Assembly (NCBI GenBank): GCA_017540505.1
Contig: JAFYAW010000017.1
Location: 6,476 to 70,475, forward strand
Reading direction: 5' to 3'
DNA: 64,000 bases
Origin: Bacteroidales bacterium
Lineage (GTDB): Bacteria; Bacteroidota; Bacteroidia; Bacteroidales; WCHB1-69
Positions within the stretch are counted from its first letter, which is position 1. Every line of letters starts with the position of its first letter. The notes below the pieces were generated by a model. That model made no database searches and was not told the origin of the DNA. It was given only the letters and a program-made list of their open reading frames with translations. Positions 62,001-64,000 of this stretch are shown here, in pieces. A program made the position numbers and the translations under genes.

Positions 62001-64000
62001 TAACCGTCACATAGTACCTGCCGGCGGCAAGGTGTTCGGCCAACGCGGCACTGGAGACGGTATTGGTGCCATCGGTCCACTTGTAGGTGTACGGGGATGT
62101 CCCGCCTGTGACGCTTGTCACCTTCACGGTGCCGTTGTTTCCAGAACAGGACTCACGGGTGGTGTCCACCACAATGACAGGATTGGGATACACCACAACC
62201 GCTTGTTCTTCGATGGCGGACCCTTGGCAGCCGGTGGCCGTTTCGGTGACCGTCAGCGTGTATTCGTGATCATCACTCGGTTGTAAGCTTTCGAAATAAA
62301 GGGACGGCTGCGTACTGCCGTTCTGCCATAAAAATGTGTAACCCGTCACTGAATTGGTAGATACATTTCCGCCATTGATTTTCAACCAAGCAGGAAGAGG
62401 TCCACTTGTTCCTTGGCATCCGCGGAGAAGGCCAATCTGCACCACTGGCTGCGGGTTTACCGTCAGCACTCTTGTCACAATGCTGTCGCAGCCGATTATT
62501 GAGCTCAGTGTATCCGAATGGGATCCTGCGGACACAAATGTCACATGATCCCAGATGTAGGGCAAGCTCACCTCGCAGATGGATTTGCGCAATGTGTCGC
62601 GCTCGGTCTCGTGCTGGATCAGCGTTTTGCTTCCCGTGCTGACACACATTCCGTGCGGTGAGGTGACCGTCACCGTGTAGGTGCCGGCTTCCGAGACGGT
62701 CAGCGTGCGCGTGGTCGCTTCCAACTCGACACCGTCTTTCTCCCAAGCGTATGTCGATCCTACTGTTGAAGAAACAACCAAGGTGGCGGTATGGCCTTCA
62801 CAAAGCGAGTCGCTGGAGATGGCGATTTCACCGCCCGTTTCCGTCACCGTGATGGTGCCCGTCAAAGTCTTGACACCACACGATGGAGTTTTGTTACTCG
62901 TGGCTGTAATGATATAATGGAACGTGCCAGCCTCCGCAGGGGTGCCGTTGATATTGGGGTCAATGGGGTCATTGTTGAAATCCACGCCAGCAGGTAAACC
63001 GGAAACACTGACGGTGGCGGCTGTATAGTCAACGTGGATAAGTCTGATAGGTTCGCCTTTGCATACAGTCTGAGTGGTGTCTGTGGCCGATAGGGTGACT
63101 TCCGGGTTCACCGTCACCACCGTGCTGGCACTGGCAAAGCAGCTACTGGCCATATCACCCACACTCACGGTGAGCGTATAGTTGCCGGCAATATCCGATG
63201 TGAATGTGTTGTCACTGAACACTCCCGTGGATGGGTTGGATGTCCAAACGGGTGTCTCATCTGTGCCGGTCACATTGGCATTTAAAGCAACAGGTGTGCC
63301 GGGACAGACAGTGGTTGGTGTCGCCTCCACAGTTATCGTCGGCTTGGCAGGAATGGTCACAACGGTCTCCTCCACATCCGTATTGCCACATGCGTCGGTG
63401 GCAGTCAACGTGACTGTGATGTATTGAGACACATCGCTTTGACTAACCTCATAACCAATGACAGGATCTTGTGTCACGATAATGTTGCCGCAGCCTTCCA
63501 CCGTATAGTCTATCGCCGGTATGCGATGGCGACAGTTTCCGATAGGGATGGATGTTGCCGTTCCATTGATGGTCAGTACAGGATCCTCCGGCTGGATAGT
63601 GTAAACATATCTCCAATATTTTGTCTCGCCCGTGCAGTCGGAATATTGGTAGGTGTAGGTCACAGTACCACTACAGTTGTGAAGACCAAGGTTCTTTGTG
63701 CGACCCGTAAACATGGGGGAAAGTGTGTTGCCGCATCCGTCTGTGACATTGGGCATCACACTGGGATTCAGCAAGTGCGGCGGAAGGGTGTCGGTCACGC
63801 AGGTGATAGTGGATTCACCGTCAGCAGGCATAGTCCACTCTTTCACCACAACGTTGATGGAGGTGGATGCGTTAACTTGGCAACGGTTTTCTGAATCTTC
63901 ATAGAACACCTCCACGGTGTAGCTGCCTTCACAGAGATCGGCGGGAATGGTCACGGTGGTCTTCGCCGTGTCCTGTTGGGCAGGCAGCATCCGATCGGTG
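53077..64000 (-). CDS. Giant modular surface/adhesin-like protein (>3,637 aa, N-terminus off-window): Ig/HYR-like and SprB-type repeats, MBG/YDG-type repeat array, C-terminal FISUMP (Fib_succ_major) domain
   Basis: Single uninterrupted ORF to the window end. ~80-100-aa Cys-containing modules repeat. SprB-type repeats are CSGNNGTVKVTSVTGGTSPYTYKW...VTVTDNNGC and VTDANGC. About 990 aa (53953-56919) are KxYDGT...NY.V....G.LT.T units (MBG-like). An HYR-like unit occupies 53710-53952. The last 210 aa (53080-53709), RDFDGNVYPAAYIG..CW...GKLYSWYSAA...CPAGWALPT.EDY...YSIRCVKR, are the Fibrobacter succinogenes major paralogous domain pattern. Confidence 0.85.
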   Translation of the reverse strand, partial: TDRMLPAQQDTAKTTVTIPADLCEGSYTVEVFYEDSENRCQVNASTSINVVVKEWTMPADGESTITCVTDTLPPHLLNPSVMPNVTDGCGNTLSPMFTGRTKNLGLHNCSGTVTYTYQYSDCTGETKYWRYVYTIQPEDPVLTINGTATSIPIGNCRHRIPAIDYTVEGCGNIIVTQDPVIGYEVSQSDVSQYITVTLTATDACGNTDVEETVVTIPAKPTITVEATPTTVCPGTPVALNANVTGTDETPVWTSNPSTGVFSDNTFTSDIAGNYTLTVSVGDMASSCFASASTVVTVNPEVTLSATDTTQTVCKGEPIRLIHVDYTAATVSVSGLPAGVDFNNDPIDPNINGTPAEAGTFHYIITATSNKTPSCGVKTLTGTITVTETGGEIAISSDSLCEGHTATLVVSSTVGSTYAWEKDGVELEATTRTLTVSEAGTYTVTVTSPHGMCVSTGSKTLIQHETERDTLRKSICEVSLPYIWDHVTFVSAGSHSDTLSSIIGCDSIVTRVLTVNPQPVVQIGLLRGCQGTSGPLPAWLKINGGNVSTNSVTGYTFLWQNGSTQPSLYFESLQPSDDHEYTLTVTETATGCQGSAIEEQAVVVYPNPVIVVDTTRESCSGNNGTVKVTSVTGGTSPYTYKWTDGTNTVSSAALAEHLAAGRYYVTVTDNNGCTVTADTIVTLYNPLAMEPITGPTVCAQYEFNIIPVNGTNGVIPNGTLYSWSAPSSTVYPNVSGLASGDHQSSISGTLTNNGTVPVTVVYTVTPSNGKCVGNDAGVSITVTPATINPLVTIAMKNDTTLCSNAPAFDLVATFNNGYSDYTVVWKKDEATVATRTKTASQQTDTINIDLDDEHCDTIYTYHISYTDESGCTANDQCVVTVNSGTWSIAAPDGAATVACLTDAVAPAYPTNVKDGCDNPISGELVEGYPVSNMSSNGCTGTVTYKYRYTACDDTYNDWTYVYTVKDTVKPVINITSTTPPAFCNPTSITPPTFSGTDNCAGDITADIVVTTNGEEGTDCEKSQTWKANYTDPCGNAAVEKTVTYTWTTPPTPIINTELTSRNLGCNPTIVAPTVDDFTVTDQCASGTPVVSLTRSDTAKNGCDRTLMWTASYTNACGTTVSKSITYSWKVMTTPSISTTLPLTGTKECNWDYNTNAPTYADFTVTDGCNRSATATVTPDTLDESADCQRSMTWTATYKNACDMDATAQVITYTWPYDVTKPVITAFDTVATPKLNCEYEMPDLSAATLRRTTDGCSTPTFVSQSINAGEIYPQSDAQQTIEVVVTVKDNCENTQTATVNVIIPAKLSVTAEANPTPICLGSSSSLTATPASATGTPTYTWTPGATLDAANVATVTATPTAAGTSSYTVTVRDENGCENTANVSVTVNDTVKLSAENLTQNVCLDNAITTINITAENATLTQTGLDGTGMTLSGNTITGTPTAVGTYPYTIIATSNKNPACDAKRITGTITVKDLSVSANANNATCANNDGSATVNVSDGFGSYTYSYAYKYPSATHNTEVNLSTKTTAVPTGLDTAVYVVTVTDANGCSKTAEFTVGLINNLNIDIPGEDQHICSGGSFVITPSVTPAGAAVTYSWDYPLQSVENGVSNTARGNDQSTIHGENLVNNTTSTVVLTYSVQPKYGICLGVTTPVTVAVDVTTHPVPTITVRDTTVCWNVGSVGLKATFANVTASVDTVSWKFVGTTTDSVAHLNAVSATDLVDEYTTPAIPTTPCNNTYPYVVYYSDEYGCKSQRSANVIVSLPTTITITGGTNNHKTIECVNDTIAPHLISPSVMPTVKDACDNDISNEWTLQRPTNAVDCEGTLEYVYTYKNCANNTATWTYTYNITRTTAPHQEGSVASTKIVECLAAATPPTTLPLVKDVCGKTLDAPSTPAPVDVITECKGTRTYTYVYEDCAGKKFTWNFVYTINPTTPPTVNATGIEASKTVDCIDKATAPATIPTATSHCEESLTGTLTSTVDAITNCAGTRTYTYTYTDCSGLTATWDYVYTITPKTFDNPTDVTKDVACIDQVVAPHTLTGVMPTVTDNCGNTLSPETPLPTTYTVGTYNGCAGTVTYTYNYRDCAGNTQDWVYTYNIATPTAPALTGTWPSDQMDVNGCYADRPAFPTKAAVKALYTASCGKTLTVDSVETVVDNDNCDWEIKCEYTITDGCTPVTHTITYKGGDKTKPVIGTGYTTTLGAEVSSCTYTYPDFTTNVKGFSTDNCTAQADLTVTQNPAAGSTITQTTSAQTLPVKVYVADACGNNDYVTVTVTVPASIALTIDTSASDCYNTADGFLNYTITGGVADYTLALTGPTAGSATQAIAGSYSFTGLADGTYSLKVTDANGCEATATTTIQQINTTLSIKANSHSWTYDGSAHSDDGFTVTFGSESHTGTSGNDVTLNNGDIITDVTVSGSITNVIESPVANALGTGIKVMRGTRDVTCFYKIDTTFGKLTITNSGELALNCVDQSKTFDGTSLSYTAEPTVTTGTTVYYSTDGGITWSTTVPSITYVSESPLTVLVKAENNNYTTATCSYKLTINPAPLTIKLDTTKVYDGTVFVSPYAAIGAGYTVTGLVSGDAVTAGTVTSSDIHKGDYVYNATATITTPFATTKGIDNYNVTYDLKQHIVCRDVVLTSATASRKYNGTNLSDNTVTVSGSGWLSGKAATYDNFASIKDKGSIKNAFIYTLASGEVATDYCVTIDTGMLTVTCREITITAASLTNIPYDGNVHSSSAFTVTGDGMVSGESVNPVIEGSIQFPSQSPVTNAITSYTFTPASTTDNYCVATENGQLTMECVSKTIVITADDGEWTYNGATHTKKSYTLTIDGGAPITVPASADGNYIFPNGDSLHVTISGEVKNVTTGVSNVVAGWTLYHGDENMLSSDNGCYTITKNDGTLKVNCRKITLTSGTASKTYNGSELKEETVTIGGDGMVSGETLNYSNFASITNVGSISNTFNYNFVSPALASNYCVNIINGNLEVTCKEVTITANSNNKTYDGTPLTDDGFTATPLETGDTHTFTVAMTSGSTITNVGTQTNVIATVDGMPVMTGVETLVGNYCVTTATGNLTVTPAALLIKLDTAKVYDATPFVSDYMATTDGYTIIGLVPNDYITAGVVTSSAADVNTYIDSVASASADVTTPFATHNGIGNYIVTYDLRQVINKKRLIITGEFTKVYDGEEFKVYYNQLTYIGLENGDAFTSGTVTTDGYRVGDYYCRDNRFLRTMDELRAYNSDFGPASVTANYTPEFHVVLHIIVRPIEFTAKSGEKAYDGTPLQITDLPAPGYDITSGSIAATDNLAHIDVSGSQLCVGSSASEVANAVIMHGTGSDAENVTDCYSIRYVDGTLRVTDVTTPLICPADLTITLWYGRCDTMLTLPEMATVTPPVDNTTIVNDLARQNPLPVGTHYITWKLLDNCGHVMKTCTQTVTVQRLPCNYVRDFDGNVYPAAYIGCDCWTLVNHVSEHYSDGTPIAQYTRYSDSDSLENIYGKLYSWYSAARVPEGDDTAMPVDSLCPTGTYVQGICPAGWALPTVEDYMNMYVASGGVAGLVKSPSTLVWLPGKQGIAPNLFNAYGAGYYDGSLDRYFNLLGETHFWAVDYSTGSSMAKNFVLNYYCDTGLFQDANKGLGYSIRCVKRNYFISE

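Overview
This 64-kb chromosomal segment looks like a Bacteroidota (Bacteroidales-like) genome. It has type IX secretion (T9SS) genes, an UpxY-led polysaccharide locus, TAnnTTTG -7 promoter boxes, and lipoprotein and T9SS-CTD sorting signals. Positions 1 to about 33,100 are a GC-rich housekeeping backbone: partial dcp, ispF, porV-porU, a PorP/SprF-like gene, gldJ, a META lipoprotein, engB, an M23 peptidase, gcvP, PadR-PspC, a split chromate transporter, atpB-E-F, an Omp85/beta-propeller protein, hydF and rimO. The backbone is interrupted by a small AT-rich DinJ/PIN toxin-antitoxin insertion and a ~190-bp palindromic repeat element. Positions ~30,700-49,850 are a mosaic surface-polysaccharide locus: upxY, flippase, a TagD-like cytidylyltransferase, two tandem glutaminase-less asparagine-synthetase-like genes, LicD, wecB, an acetyltransferase, GT32, GT2 and YfhO. 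Its AT-rich part also carries genes with no glycan role. These are two COG2865/AlbA_2 (Schlafen-like) genes with in-frame microsatellite linkers, a chimeric gene remnant, and a ~2.6-kb cassette. The cassette encodes an ORF6N protein, an ABC-type AAA ATPase and an overlapping miniature Toprim-like protein, and it is bounded by a decayed duplicate of the GT2 gene 3' end. I consider this cassette the best candidate for an undescribed defence-type system. The right end holds a patatin-Omp85 (type Vd-like) gene, an IS982-like relic, and more than 10.9 kb of a giant (>3,637 aa) modular Cys/Thr-rich surface protein. That protein ends in a Fibrobacter-type (FISUMP) lectin-like domain rather than a T9SS CTD. 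I saw no rRNA, tRNA or CRISPR array. All family assignments come from reading motifs in the translations, not from database searches.
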